Assembly (NCBI GenBank): GCA_018398765.1
Contig: JAHBMJ010000352.1
Location: 1 to 49,898 of the forward strand
From: Chromera velia
Lineage: Eukaryota
Reading direction: 5' to 3'
Length of the DNA: 49,898 bases
The translations under genes were made by a program, and so were the position numbers. Shown here in pieces: positions 36,906 to 49,688 of this stretch (position 1 is its first letter; each line of letters begins with the position of its first letter). The notes under the pieces are model-generated. The model was not told where the DNA came from, made no database searches, and worked only from the letters and a program-made list of their open reading frames with translations.

Positions 36906-38479
36906 ATGAGATTCATTTGCTTGGCGCCTCTTGTTGGTCTGGCGGGTGCCGCTCTGGTACGTTCAAGAGGGTGCTTGTAGTTGGAAAGATGTCCAGTTTC
37001 TTCTGTCCAGCCTCATCGCATGCAATGTATATATGGCAGTCTGTGAGCCTTACGGGAATATGCATGAGTTCGCGAGAATCTACAGGTGTTCTCTGTCTTC
37101 TTCGTAATGTCGTCCACTTTTATGTGACTTCAAAAACCCTCCGTATTTGAATAATTGTGTTTTTCATACACAACTTCATCATCGAAGGGACAGGGCTCGC
37201 ATGTCTGTCGAATAACCACCTTCGGTGAATTTTGTCTGACCTTCATGCATGTTGCCTGCCGGCCCGAATCAGGATTTCGAGAAGCTTGGCGTCGACCTTG
37301 GAAAGCTCGAGTTCGGCAAGTTCGGTTTGGGGAGCCTTGACTTCTTCGGTCAGTGCTTGTGCGTGAATTGTTGACTCGCTGCCGTGCGTGGATACGCATA
37401 CGGATATCTGATGACTGCTTGTCTTCACGCCTGATTCATTAATAACTCTGTATTCCAATGCGTATTCAGTCAAAGGGCTGCGACGCTGTGTTGTCCAGTT
37501 ACTCTTTCGTCTTTCTGCGAGCATGCTATTCATTAACTCAATCGCTGCCCACCCAGGTATATATATACGTGTGGTGATACCCCCCCGGTCCCGCACTGTT
37601 TGTGACTGTTTTGTGCTACGCAGGCACAAAGGAGCTGAAGAAGGAGAAGGTCCTCAAGGAGAACAAGGGGTCAAAGAAGTGTCTGGACACAAGTGCGTGC
37701 GAGATTGATCTGACTCAGATCGTGAGGGCAGTGAATGATCCTTGCTTCGAGAGCGAAATCGGAGACGGGGAGACATGGGTCGAGTCCTCCCTCACCCTCC
37801 ATCAGTGCGGGACAGGAGTGGGAGGGACCTATCTCGATATCCAGCCCGACTTCGAACATGATGGTGACAGACGCAGGCTTGTTAACTCGGTGGTCATCGA
37901 TACAGAAAAAGAGATTTCTCTTGCAAACGCGACAACTACGCTGGTCCTGACTGACGAGACAAATGATTCCGGAGAGGCAGGGAAGATCGATGCGGCCCTG
38001 TCGGGAGAATTCGACTATCCGGGCCCGTTTTTGGGGGGAGGAGGAGACAGGAGGCGTTTGATTGCGTCGAGCCAACAAGCCGAAGTCGGTATTGGGTTTG
38101 TTGTGGACACCGAGGACATTCTGGAGGACTTCTCGGTCCGACTTGACGAGCTTCCCCCCAAGCCGGCACAGTTCAATTTCACCCTGGACGGCTGCCCGGC
38201 GTGAGTCTGCGTGCGTCAGTCTCCTCAAGTTGGGGGGGCAGAGTGCAGAAGAGGACTGTGTGAATGTGCTTTCGTGCGACGTCGGTGGAACCATTTTTGA
38301 AGTGATTCAATGCAGTGGCCTCTTTTCGTTTTTGATTTTTGTTCTGTCCGTCTTTTCGGGTCGGTCTTTCCATTCTTCTGTCTTTCCTTGTCTCCGTGTT
38401 TGCTTGAAGGATCTCTCAGGCTTCTCCTTGCCACTGATTCATTTCTCCTTGGTCCTCTGTCTGCACTAGCTCTCTTGCG

Positions 38480-38522
<43 letters not shown>

Positions 38523-38546
38523 TCTGTCTGTCTGTCTGTCTGTCTA

Positions 38547-38605
<59 letters not shown>

Positions 38606-39198
38606 GCCGTCCTGTTTTTGTGTATGGTCTGAGTGTCTGCACGCTCCTGCTCTACTTTTGATCGCCCTACACGATCTGTTTGTATACATTTCTTCCAGTT
38701 TTCTCCCTCCATGTGCTCAGCTAGCAGTCTCGATGTCCCTCTGACGTGAAACGTGCTTGTTGGAAAGCGCAAAAACTCTAGTTGTGTTTTCAACAGCTTT
38801 CCCTCGTATGCGTTTTGATGGTGCGTTCCTTGTTTTTTTTTGTGTGTTTCTGCAGCGGTTCTGAGTCGGACATTGAGGTGATGGGGTTCTGCCTGTTCAG
38901 CCAAGGAGATGGATCCATCTTCAACCCTCTGATGACAGTCGCACAGGTGCCCTTCGACACGAACGTTGTCGAATTCAACGTCACCACCTCGGTCGTCGAG
39001 ACAGACTCTAAATCCAAGGAGGACACAGTGCTGGTCTCGATTGACGTCGAGAAATCCCCCGCTTTCGCGTTCTGCGAGGGGCTGACGGATAACAGCGACA
39101 AGATAGGATTTGCGTGGGTGGTGAAGGGCTGCTGTGGAGTTGCGGCCTTCTTCGAGTACAAATTTCAAGTCCAAGTTCCCACCAATAGTTGCAGATAA
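36906..39198 (+). CDS. Secreted protein of unknown function with two GDRRRL motifs
   Basis: Exon 1 36906-36956 encodes the signal-like MRFICLAPLVGLAGAAL. Exons 37273-37348 and 37624-38200 splice in frame through GT-AG; last exon ~38856-39198. Acidic sequence with several Cys. Confidence 0.7.
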
Positions 39199-41325
39199 AT
39201 TACTAAATCCACGTCATACAACCACTCTGATGCGTGTGCATGCCCTCAGACATCCTCAGACATCGATCCTGGGCATGCAGATGTGCGCTGACCGATCTCT
39301 CTCTCGACTCTGCAAATGATCGACCACACGACAAACTGCGCCACTACTCGCTCCCTTCTGCCACTGCATATGCAAGGAGAGGTTCTGTTTGGCAACGAGG
39401 CAATGAAAAAAAAACACGCGGAGGGGGGGGGAAGAGGGAAGAGAACGATTAGGGACTGAAATCACCCGACAGGAAGGGTGACCAGCAAAGAGAATGACCA
39501 TGGTCCTGGGGTCTGATTTGCATGCATGGAGGGCGCAACAGTTGCTGCAGCCATGATTGACTTTCCACTGACTATGCATTCAATGGTATTGTTGGTGATG
39601 ATGGCACTACGTCCCTGCGTGATGCGACGCAGAGCCATACAGAGTTTGTTTTTCATGCGGAGATGTCTTTGACGGTTCTGATTGAATCAATCTGCTCGAC
39701 TGCGTGGATCGAATTGATAGTCGCTGTTTCAAGAATGAGAAGGCCCGGTATGGTGCTCAAGAAGTTCCTTGATTGATCGATAGAAAGACAACAGACTGCC
39801 AATGCGAGAAACTCCCAAAAACGATCGGACAACAGAATGTGTCATCTTGCAATGTAATGAAACTGTATTTTCAGGCTTGAAACATCTCAAACTGCACAAT
39901 TGAAGCGTACAAAAGACGTACCATCCAAATGCGGCTTTTGAAAAGCTTAAAAAGCTAGCTAGAGTTATATCGTCAAAATCTAAAGACATTTCATTTTTAC
40001 TTTTGTATATTAACCGCTTTGTTCTCATTTTTTTTAGTAACTGCTAGACAGCCTAGACCCAGTAAGTGGCAGTAACTTAAATGCTAGTAATAGACGCTTA
40101 GCTCAAACGTGCTGACATTGTTTTAAAAACTAAATTAATATATATTTAAGTTACTAGAATACTAGATATAATAAAAATGGATTATGCCTAGCCGTAGAGA
40201 TGCAGCTTCTATAGGTTTTATTAAACTTAAAACTTAAATTTAAGTATAGTTTTTCGGACTACTATATAGCTTTCAGCAGCCTTTTGCAAAATACGCTGAA
40301 AATGCAAGTTACGTATGGCGCCGTCGTACGCAGCTGCCAGCTGGATTTTTAGCTATAGTAATGACTAGCTAGGATAATTAATAATGATGATAGTGATGCT
40401 GAAACTATAGTGCTCAAATCTAGGCTGGAACCATAATTAATATCCTATCCTATACCTAACACAATAGCATGATGATGATACAGTATTAATACTGAATTCT
40501 GGAATCTACGCTAAAATGTTTAACCAGCTAGTTAACCAGGCGAGTAACTAGCAAGCTTTTACTAAACTTCATTAGCAGGGAAGCCTCATTTCGAATTGAA
40601 GTTGAACTATAGGAATGGAGCTAGCAACTTGAACCAAGCTACTACTAGTATTGAGTAGTATCAATGAGTAATTTGAGTTCTACCTAGAGTTCTACATTCA
40701 GTGTCATTCAAAGGAGCGGAATACTTGAATCACAGTCAGGGTGCTTCAGGGTGACACGGTCTCCGTAGCTCGCTCTAGCAAGCCTTCAACTTTGCCGATG
40801 CATGAACGTCCCGGTTCTTACCGGGCCGCTCTGACACGAACACAGCTTCAGGCGCAAGAGCACCTCTACAGGATCACTCTCAGGCTCCATGCAAGGAACT
40901 TTTGAGTCATGCACTCATACAAGCAAGCGCAAAAGTCGTCACATCGATGCTCTCTGCATTTCGATCTCGAGTTGCTGAAGCCGATGATCACACGATCTCT
41001 GCTCCCTTGACCCCCAAGAGGAAACGGATGTTTGAAACTGGGGGACGGAAAAATTTTCTCATTCGCAAAGAGGCGGGAGCCAAAGACGTCTCTCCCCCCC
41101 CATCCCATCTCTCTCTTTCGGCCTCTCTCACATGAAGCGTCTGATGATTTCCTTCACCTCTCTCTCACTCTCACATTCAGCGTGCCAGGACGTTTTGAAC
41201 CTTCCACGCTGAATGGAGTTGTCTTTCTTATCTACGTGTTGCATTCTGCTCTTGTGATGCACAAGCAAGCACAAGAGCTAGTACTGATCAGACAAACCAG
41301 CCGAGCTAGGAGCAGAAAGTCTCTC

Positions 41326-42445
41326 TCACATTCCATGGTTGAGGCCCCGAACAGTTGCAGTGCTCCTGTCGCAGAGCTTGTTCAGAGTCACATTGCCTCT
41401 GCCGCCGTTCCCCATGGTGGAGGGTCCTCCGTGGTTGTGCACGCCCGTGTAGGTGCTCTTGTCGTAGAAGAACCGCTGCACAGAGGAGAGGAAGCATGTT
41501 CCCGTGTTCAGTCAGTGGACAATGCTGAGTGACCAGTCCGTATGCTTCTTTCTGACATTGCATGCAACAGCAGATGAAAGCAACAGGTCAGTTGGTGTTG
41601 CACGGAATTGTTGCACGAACAACAGTTGACTGACCTCAGGACCCCGGAGTCCCTTTGCAGCTGGAGAGGAAGGAGACTTGGGGGAGGCGACGGAGGAGCT
41701 TGTGTAGCTTGTTCTTCGTCCAACTGTCGGCCTGTCCGGGGCGAAGTTCCCTCCCTGGTAACCGGCGCCTCCACTGGCGACAACGCCTCCAACACCCTTC
41801 GGGCGTCCCCACATATCAACTCCGATTGCGGTACCGGGGCCGTCATCAAGTCTCAGGTCCATGTACTGCTCCTTCGTGGGGCCAGAGTCACGGCCTCGGC
41901 GACGGTCTGCAGAAGAAATAAGGACAAGTTGTGTGTAATGTCAGAATGTTGCGTGTGTTGCACAACGCCTGGAAACTCTCGCTGACCCTTGATAGAAGAC
42001 ATTTTTTCAGAAGATTTGTTGCGATAAAGAAAGTGAGTGTCGGTTTGTCTGCTGGCTTCTTATACGGTAACTGCTTGGCTGGTGTAGAACTGTCTGCACG
42101 CTTCAAGATTGTTGTATTTTTGTGTGAGATGCTGGTTCCAACGGTTCGACTTATTCTTGTGTTTCGACAACAGTTGGCAACAGCCGACTTCAAGCAAAAC
42201 ATGAAAGCGACACGTACGCATGCATGATCCTCGGAGGGCAAAGCAGAAATTGGTTGCTTATTGCATGGGCCCCAGGAAATCTCGCACGCATGTTTGCATC
42301 TCGTCGGAAAGAACGCATCGCGATTTAATTTCTTTTTGAGGCAAGGACGGCATAGGTCGGCCATCACAGGAACTCAATCACTGCCACCATTGCAGACTAT
42401 AAGCCAAAGGAGAGGTGTGTCACGTCGAAGGAGGCCCCGGAACAT
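41326..42445 (-). CDS. Small TPPP/p25-alpha-like (partial domain) protein, probably microtubule-associated
   Basis: Exons 41906-41635 and 41475-41326 join to give GPE|RFFYDKSTYTGVHNHGGPSTMGNGGRGNVTLNKLCDRSTATVRGL. The first exon/start (42445, or ATG 41862) is uncertain. Confidence 0.7.
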
Positions 42446-42801
42446 ATTGCTTGGGGGGCACTTAAGACTTACGGCGCCGCCGTAAAGCCGCTCGCACGCC
42501 TGCGTGCGTCGAATTTCAACCTCCTACCGATAGACCACACAAATTCAATTCAATTTGCGGCTGCCATGAATTCCATGCATGCACTGAGATTGCACTGAGT
42601 GCTCTCCTTTGAAGCTCGACCTTGAATTCTCTCCCACTAAAACAGGTAGTCTCTGCAGCTCTGAACAAACACATTGCCGTCCGATATCCGAGGCTTGTCT
42701 GGTAGCTTCCGCCTTCGATAAGTTTCGGTCTCTGCCCGAGGTTTGTTTTCTGTTGTTTATTACTACAGGAGACGGAGATCGTCTTCGTGTCAGATACGGC
42801 G

Positions 42802-44797
42802 ATGGCCACTCAAGGGGGGCCAGCAAAAGAAGGGAAGGGGTCGGAAAAGGAGCTGGCGCCAGAGCTCCACCGAACTGCAAACGAGATTTTATATCGCCTC
42901 CAGAAGACCAGGACTCCTGAAAGTGAAAGTGCTCTTCATCTGCAATTCGGGAATAATGCCCGACACCCCGACTTACTCAACTATCTCCGCAAGCACAACC
43001 ACATTCGTTTCACGCCGAGGGATCAGACTTACGAGTACGTAACTCCGTATTCCTACATCTCGTGCAAAGAGGATTTGAAAGCTTTGATTGAAGACACGCA
43101 GCAAGATGGGCTGATGGTGACAAAGGAGGCTTTGGAAGCCCACCCCGGGGGCAAAATGGCTGAATGGATCAGAGAGCTTGCCTGCCCAGGATTTGACCCT
43201 GCAGACCCGGAAACTGACCCGGAGAAAAAGCGGAAACTCCCGCCCGAAATCCGTCTGATGCGAAGGAAGAAGTTCCCAAAGTGCTACCCTGGCTTCCGAC
43301 CGAACAAAAAGAAGCCCCGACTTGAATACTTGGAGGACGAAGTCAATCCCAAGCCGATTGAAATCAACTATTCGGATCGGTGTCCCTTGTGTGATTCAAA
43401 GACCTGTACCGCTTCCCTTGAGGAGTGTCTTTTGTTTCCAGTCAACACTGGAAGAGGTCTGACTACTGGTGCAGAGAACGAGCCGACCGCGCTTCAGGAC
43501 TCTCTCCAGAGGTTGTTTCAGAAGGTGAGAGGGGGGGGGGCTGCAGGCCTTGAAAGCAGCTGACGAGGGGTCCATTGCTGTCCATTCCTTTAAGAAGGTT
43601 GTCAATATTGCCAGAACCTCCAAGTTACGGCTGTGATTTGCAGTTTTGTGCATACATATGCGTGTCCCATCCCGCAAGGCCTGCGCCCCCTCAAATTGTG
43701 AGGGTTTATCCCTTTCTTCTCATCACCATCTTTTGAAAGTGGGAGCAGACTCCCTGAATCTTCTCTCCCTTCACCACTCTTCATGAAATCATTGAGTTGC
43801 ATGTGCGAATGAATGAACGCCTCTCTATCTCTCTATCTCTCTCTGTGTCCATGCAGGTCACCGATGCCAACTTAGAGGAAATGAAGAAAAGTCTGAAAGT
43901 GAACTCGCTTCCAGTATTCACACATCAGTCAGTTAGTTAGTCAGTCACTCACTCACTCAGTCAGTCAGTCAATTTCCCTGTGTCCAGTAAGGGAAAGTGC
44001 AGTTTTTGCCATTGCCAAAGCCTTGTCTTTCTCGTGCGTGCTGTCTGAATGATTTTTTTGCGACCGACTCCCACGCAGACTGCCCAGCCGAGTGTTCGCT
44101 TTTTCTCGGCGGTGCACTACAGAGCAGATCCACCGGTCTTCTCCTTCCATTTGCAAAAGGCAGCCCGGAAGAATTCCCCCTGCTTAACATCAGTGAGAGA
44201 CTGTGCTCTTCATGCACGCTTTGTTGCAGGAAAACGCTAGGGAGGAAGCCCAAGCCCAAAACGCGAGTAGCGCAGAGGTCAGAAATCTCGATCGACGCTT
44301 CTTCGCACTCTCTCACAGAGACTGAGACTCAACGGGGGACAGGAGGGGCGGAGAAGAGAGGCTGAGAGAGTGGCACCTGATTTGCCTGCTGTGGTTTTTC
44401 ATATTCCGCTTTGTGCCTCATGTGCGTTTCTGACTGCGAAACAAAGAAAAAGAATGGGCTGATTGTCACGCTTTCTGCCCGGTGGTCGGGCCGCCTGCTC
44501 TTTTCCTGTGTAGGTGCGGTTTCTGTTGTGTGCCTTCGTGTTGCTGTTCCAGGATCGTGTTTGCGTGTGCTGACGCGTTTGTGTGTGAGAGAGAGAGTGA
44601 GAAAAAGAGAGAGTGCGCGCGCGCGCGCGCGCGCGTGTGTGTGTATGTACATCTGTGCAAGTCTGTATGTAGATTGTGTGTGTGTGAGAGAGAGAGGGTT
44701 TGTGTGTGTGTGTGTGTGTATGTGTGTGTGTGTGTGTGTGTGTGTACATCTGTGCAAGTCTGTATGCAGATTGTGTGTGTGTGAGAGAGAGAGGGTT

Positions 44798-44832
<35 letters not shown>

Positions 44833-45068
44833 GAGAGAGAGAGCGATGTAGAAAAAGAGACTCGGCCGATGGAAGCGCTTTCTGACATGAAGGCTGGGCA
44901 AGGGGTCGAAGCAAGTCAGTGTCCCCAAGAAGAATACCCGGGGAGTGCGTGAGAGAACCGGAGGGGCGGGTCTTCGAGAAGACATTTAGAGTTGCCACGA
45001 GAGTGCTGAGGAAGATTTATGTGCTCGGCGGCTCCACACACACACACGCACCTACAGACGCGCGCGCG

Positions 45069-45101
<33 letters not shown>

Positions 45102-45462
45102 ACTGCACCCGTGTGTCCCAGTGAAATCACATGACGACATCCAGGGCCCATACGTGTCGATGCAAGCCCATGCGAGTATGAGTTGAGTGCGAAGAACATA
45201 GCGAACAGACGGAGCAGATCAAGGGACTGCGACGACTCGTTCTTTCTCTTTCTCTCTATCCACTTGAGTGAGTGCTCTCTCTCAGCACCTCCCCCTCGCT
45301 TGATGCATGCATGCATGCAGGTACGGGTACAACGTGATGAACACGCACATGGTGGAGGACACCGATGCGGCAAAGAATTCAATGCAGCAGGACTACGAGG
45401 CCTCCAAGGCTTCAACCCAGCAGCAGCAGCAGCAGCAGGGGGGGGTTCGACGTCCCTGCTGA
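42802..45462 (+). CDS. GTF2E2: General transcription factor TFIIE beta subunit-like; 4 exons
   Basis: Winged-helix-like [13 protein letters not shown]...[20 protein letters not shown]...DGL, then LLFPVN...[10 protein letters not shown], a basic stretch [12 protein letters not shown], and terminal NVMNTHM matching the C-terminal N-x-H of TFIIE-beta. Exons ~42802-43524, 43857-43928, 44230-44277, 45321-45462. Confidence 0.7.
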
Positions 45463-45994
45463 CAATCTGTCTCTCCGTCGGCCTGCATTTTCCATCTTTT
45501 TTGTTTTGGTTCAACATAAGGGAGGAAGGGAGGGAGCGTGGGGACACGCAAAAAATCCTCAGGTACACTACACGCAGCTTCGCGAGAGACGGAGAAGGGG
45601 TACACACGAGACTCTCATGCAGTCATTCAACGAGAGCTAGATGTCATTCGAGCAGTGGTTTATCCATTGAAGTGAAGCTTCACAGAACATGAGAGAACCC
45701 TTGACGCGGGTCTACCCGATCGACGCCGGCTGAACCTATCAGACGTTCTCCCTGTCTTTTCACGGCAATAATCATTTTGTCCTTCTCTTATGTTCCCCTT
45801 CTCGGCTCGTCCTTCCCTATCCTGCCTTCTTTCTTTCTCTGCTCGCCGGCCCCGCGTCCTCCCTTCGTCTTGTGTTCTCGACACCGTGTGCTTGTGAGGC
45901 TCTTTCAGTGCTTTTTTGTTGACGCAAATCATCAGTGCGACAGCCGCTCCTCTCGGTGATTCCTTTCTTTATGCATCGGTGAGCCCCCTTCCTC

Positions 45995-46192
45995 TTTTTC
46001 TTTCTTTCTTTCTTTCTTTCTTTCTTTTCTTTCTTTTCTTTCTTTCCTTCCTTCCTTGCTTCCTTCCTTCTTTCTTTCTTTTCTTTCTTTCCTTCTTTCT
46101 TTCTTTCTTTCTTTCTTTCTCTCTTTCTTTTCTTTCTTTCCTTCTTTCTTTCTTTCCTTCTTTCTTTCTTCCTTTCTTTCTTTTCTTCTTTT

Positions 46193-46228
<36 letters not shown>

Positions 46229-46260
46229 TTCTTCTTTTTCTTTCTTTCTTTCTTTGCTTT
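45995..46260 (+). repeat. (TTTC)n microsatellite
   Basis: Directly visible; similar tracts at 23215-23370 and 30980-31065. Confidence 0.95.
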
Positions 46261-46571
46261 CTATTTTTACTTTTCCTTCTATAAGTATGCGCATGTTTAT
46301 TTCTTTTACTTTCTTGTAAGCAGTTTCAAAGTTTGGAGGCTTTGTAAGGCTTTCCTATATGCGTAACTCTCCATATCGCTCTCATTCTTAGCCGTTTGAT
46401 AACAAATTACTAAATTGAAACAGTACGGAAATGATACAATTGCGTACGTTGAATATGACTTGTAAGGAGAGCTTTCTTGATAATTAAATATAAATTAAGT
46501 TATATTAAGTTAAGAATAAAAATATGGATGCAGTAAGTGAGTCATACATAATTACAACCTTAAAATACATC

Positions 46572-46572
<1 letters not shown>

Positions 46573-46611
<39 letters not shown>

Positions 46612-46642
46612 ATGTTTCGCCTTAGGGCCTTCCCGCTATGTC
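46573..46642 (-). mobile_element. Second copy of the short (ATCA)n-tailed insertion
   Basis: Reverse complement reads GACATAGCGGGAAGGCCCTAAGGCGAAACATATCAATCA...; candidate TSD CATCT at 46568-46572 and 46643-46647. Confidence 0.65.
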
Positions 46643-47080
46643 CATCTATTGCCAGAGTTAGCAGAGGTTCATGGGAACAGTGTGTGGTGATGATGATCAT
46701 CATGTATCATTATGATTCATTAATGAAAATATGCAATAAACTTATGCTTCCCAACATGTAGAATATGTGCTGCTGTTAGTTGCTGTGTGCCGCTGTGACG
46801 ACTTTGTTCGTATGATTGTGCAGTATAGTCGTCCCACATTTGTACACACTTGTAGAAGGGGGCCGTCGTGCGCTCCTTTGTTCGGGTGTTCATAGCACGT
46901 GCCCGTAAGTGCCCCACACTTGCAGAATTCGACGTGGGGACATTGTGCGAGCTTTTTCTCAGCGCGACTAAAAACGCCAACTCGCATCGAAGGCCACACG
47001 AGCCATGATGACCAACTTTTGGGACTGCCTGCTGCATATGATGTGACCAAGAGGTCTAGAGCCCTTGAATGTTGAAGAGG

Positions 47081-49638
47081 ATGAAGATGTTTGGACGTTT
47101 GGCAATTTTGTGTCCCTTTTTGATCGTGATTCAGTCTGTTGGATTCCTGATGTCAGCCGAGAAGCGGGAGCGCAGTCCGCCGTCTCCTCTGCAGAGCAAG
47201 CGACGGAATTCACCCGGAAAGGCCACCGAGCTCAACAGCCTGGCCGAAATCTGCCAAGCGATCTCTAAGGCAACGGGGGAAGACTTCTACACAGAGCAGT
47301 CAGTCGGGGGGGTTGACACTGTGTTCACTTTGTATTGAGGCTCTGTCGACACTCTATTGGTGCCGTCTCCTTTCTATGCAGGTCGACTGTGGGGTCGTCC
47401 GGCGGTGGAGGAGCGCAGGTGGGCACTCTTCGGGACCGAAAGACGGGAAAGACCTACTTCATGAAGGCTGCCGGACCCGGGCAGTCCAAAATGCTGGAGG
47501 CCGAGTTCCTAGGTACGCCAACCTGTAACTCGTTAGAGAAAGGGGGAGGCCGTCTCAGAGTAATCAGAGACAGATACAAACGCTTTTCGTGAGCTTTCAT
47601 TTCAAGACGCAAACATAGAGAGGCACATGTTAGCGTGAAAATGTGTTCAGCTATGTATGGGGAGGACGGTGTCGCATGATGTTCTGAAGCATCAGTATGG
47701 GTACGAGACGGCCGTCTCCTCGGTGCCCTTTTGGCGTGGAGATGTTCAGGTGTCTGTCGTCCTCACTCATGCACGCTCATGCATCCCTGAAGACGTGCAT
47801 CCCTCTCTTCTGTTATCCTTTTCTCCCGCTTATGGTCCCTTGTCGCCTTTCTTCCCTGGTTCTCTTCTACCTGTTTCTGGCCCTTCTTTCCTTCCTTCAT
47901 TCTTCCCCGTTTGCCGTCTCTTGCCGCGCCAATTGCCTTGTTTCCGTCTTTCAGCTCTTCCCTCGTTTGTCCTTTCCAGTCGTTCATTTCCCTCTTACCT
48001 GACACCCTCGCTTCCTCCATCCCTCTTTGACTCCTGGTCCAAGTGCCCTGCTCTGATACGGATAACTATGTGCGCGTTGATACCTTCTGAATGAGTGTGC
48101 ATTCTCGTTCGTTCAATTTGAAAAACCGCGACTTTCCCCCCTCCACCTCGCCCCCCACCTATGTACATCAGGAATCAAAGCAATGGCGGAGACGAAAACG
48201 ATCAAAGTGCCCGAGCCTATTTGCTTCGGGAAGACGGGATCGCGGTCTTACGTGATCTTTGAATACCTGGACATCGGGGGAGGGGTCAGTCAGTCAGTCA
48301 GGCAGGCAGGTTCGAGCGCCCTGGCAGCCTTCCCCCTGGACTAGCCAAACAAAAGAGAATTGAGACCCTAACTTGCAAACGAAGAGACATTCTCGATCGA
48401 TGTATCGATGTGTGGCTGTGTGTGGATCGTCTGTGCAGCTGGGCAGGCTCGGAGATCAGGCAGGAAGAGAACTTGCAGCCATGCACAGGTGCACGTCGTC
48501 CAACGGAATGTTCGGCTTTGACATCGACAATTCCTGCGGTGCGACCCCTCAGCCAAACAAGTGGACTGCAACGTGCGTGAGTGAGAAGGGGTGCGAGTGA
48601 GTGAACTGTTTAGAAACTGAAAGAGTGAGTGAGTGCGTAGGTAAGTAAGAGAGTGAGTTATTGAGTGAGTCAACGTGTCGGTGGGAAAGTGAGTGAGTTG
48701 GTTCTTTTGAATGAATGAATGAATGAATGAATGAATGAATGAATGAATGAATGAATGAATGAATGCGTGAGTGAATGAATGAATGAATGAATGCGTGAGT
48801 GAAGGAATGAATGAGATAATGAGTGAATGTGCGAATGAGTGAATGAATGAATGAAGGAAAGAATGAATGAATGAATGAATGAATGAATGCGTGAGTGAAT
48901 GAATGAATGCGTGAGTGAAGGAATGAATGAGTTAATGAGTGAATGTGTGAATGAATGAATGAAGGAAAGGAGGAATGAATGAATGAACGAACGAATGAAT
49001 GAATGAATGAACGAATCAATCAATCAATCAATGAAGGAAGGAATGAATGGGTGAGTGAGTGAGTGAGTGAGTGAGTGAGTGAGTGAGTGAAGGAATGAGT
49101 GAGTGCGTGAGTGAGTGAGTGAGTGAAGGAATGAGTGAATGAATGAAGGAATGAATGAATGAGTGAGTGAATGAATGACCGAATCAGAAAGAGAATGAAC
49201 GAGGAAGTGAGTCGGTGAGCCCACAAATGTTGCTTCTGTTTCCGTCCTCTCTCTGCCTCTTCTCGCCGTCTCCTTCCTGCCACTTTCATGATGGAAGCAG
49301 TCTCCCTGATCGTCTCTGTGTCGCTGTTCACGTCCTCGCTCTGTTCTCTGTTATGCATGCAGGTGGGCGGAGTTTTTTGACGAGCAACGGCTAGGACACA
49401 TGTTCAAGCTCTGCAGAAGGGACGGGTATGAGTGCAGAGACGAAGCCAAGGTGGGTGGAGGAAGATGATACAGGGACCTCTTTTGATTAGAGCCGCCCCG
49501 TGTGAGGCCAAAAGTCAATTGCATCATCTCGTTGTCACGTTCCTTCCGCACGGTCTCCATCAAATCTTTTCGGCGCTCTCTATCTGTCCGTCCGTCCGTC
49601 CGTGTATGGGTGTGTGAGTTTCTGCCGCTCTTACTTTC

Positions 49639-49688
<50 letters not shown>

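Noticed and set aside
44645..44810. ~97-bp tandem duplication in a TFIIE-beta intron
   Set aside because: Bounded by (GT)n tracts; ordinary slippage or unequal exchange.
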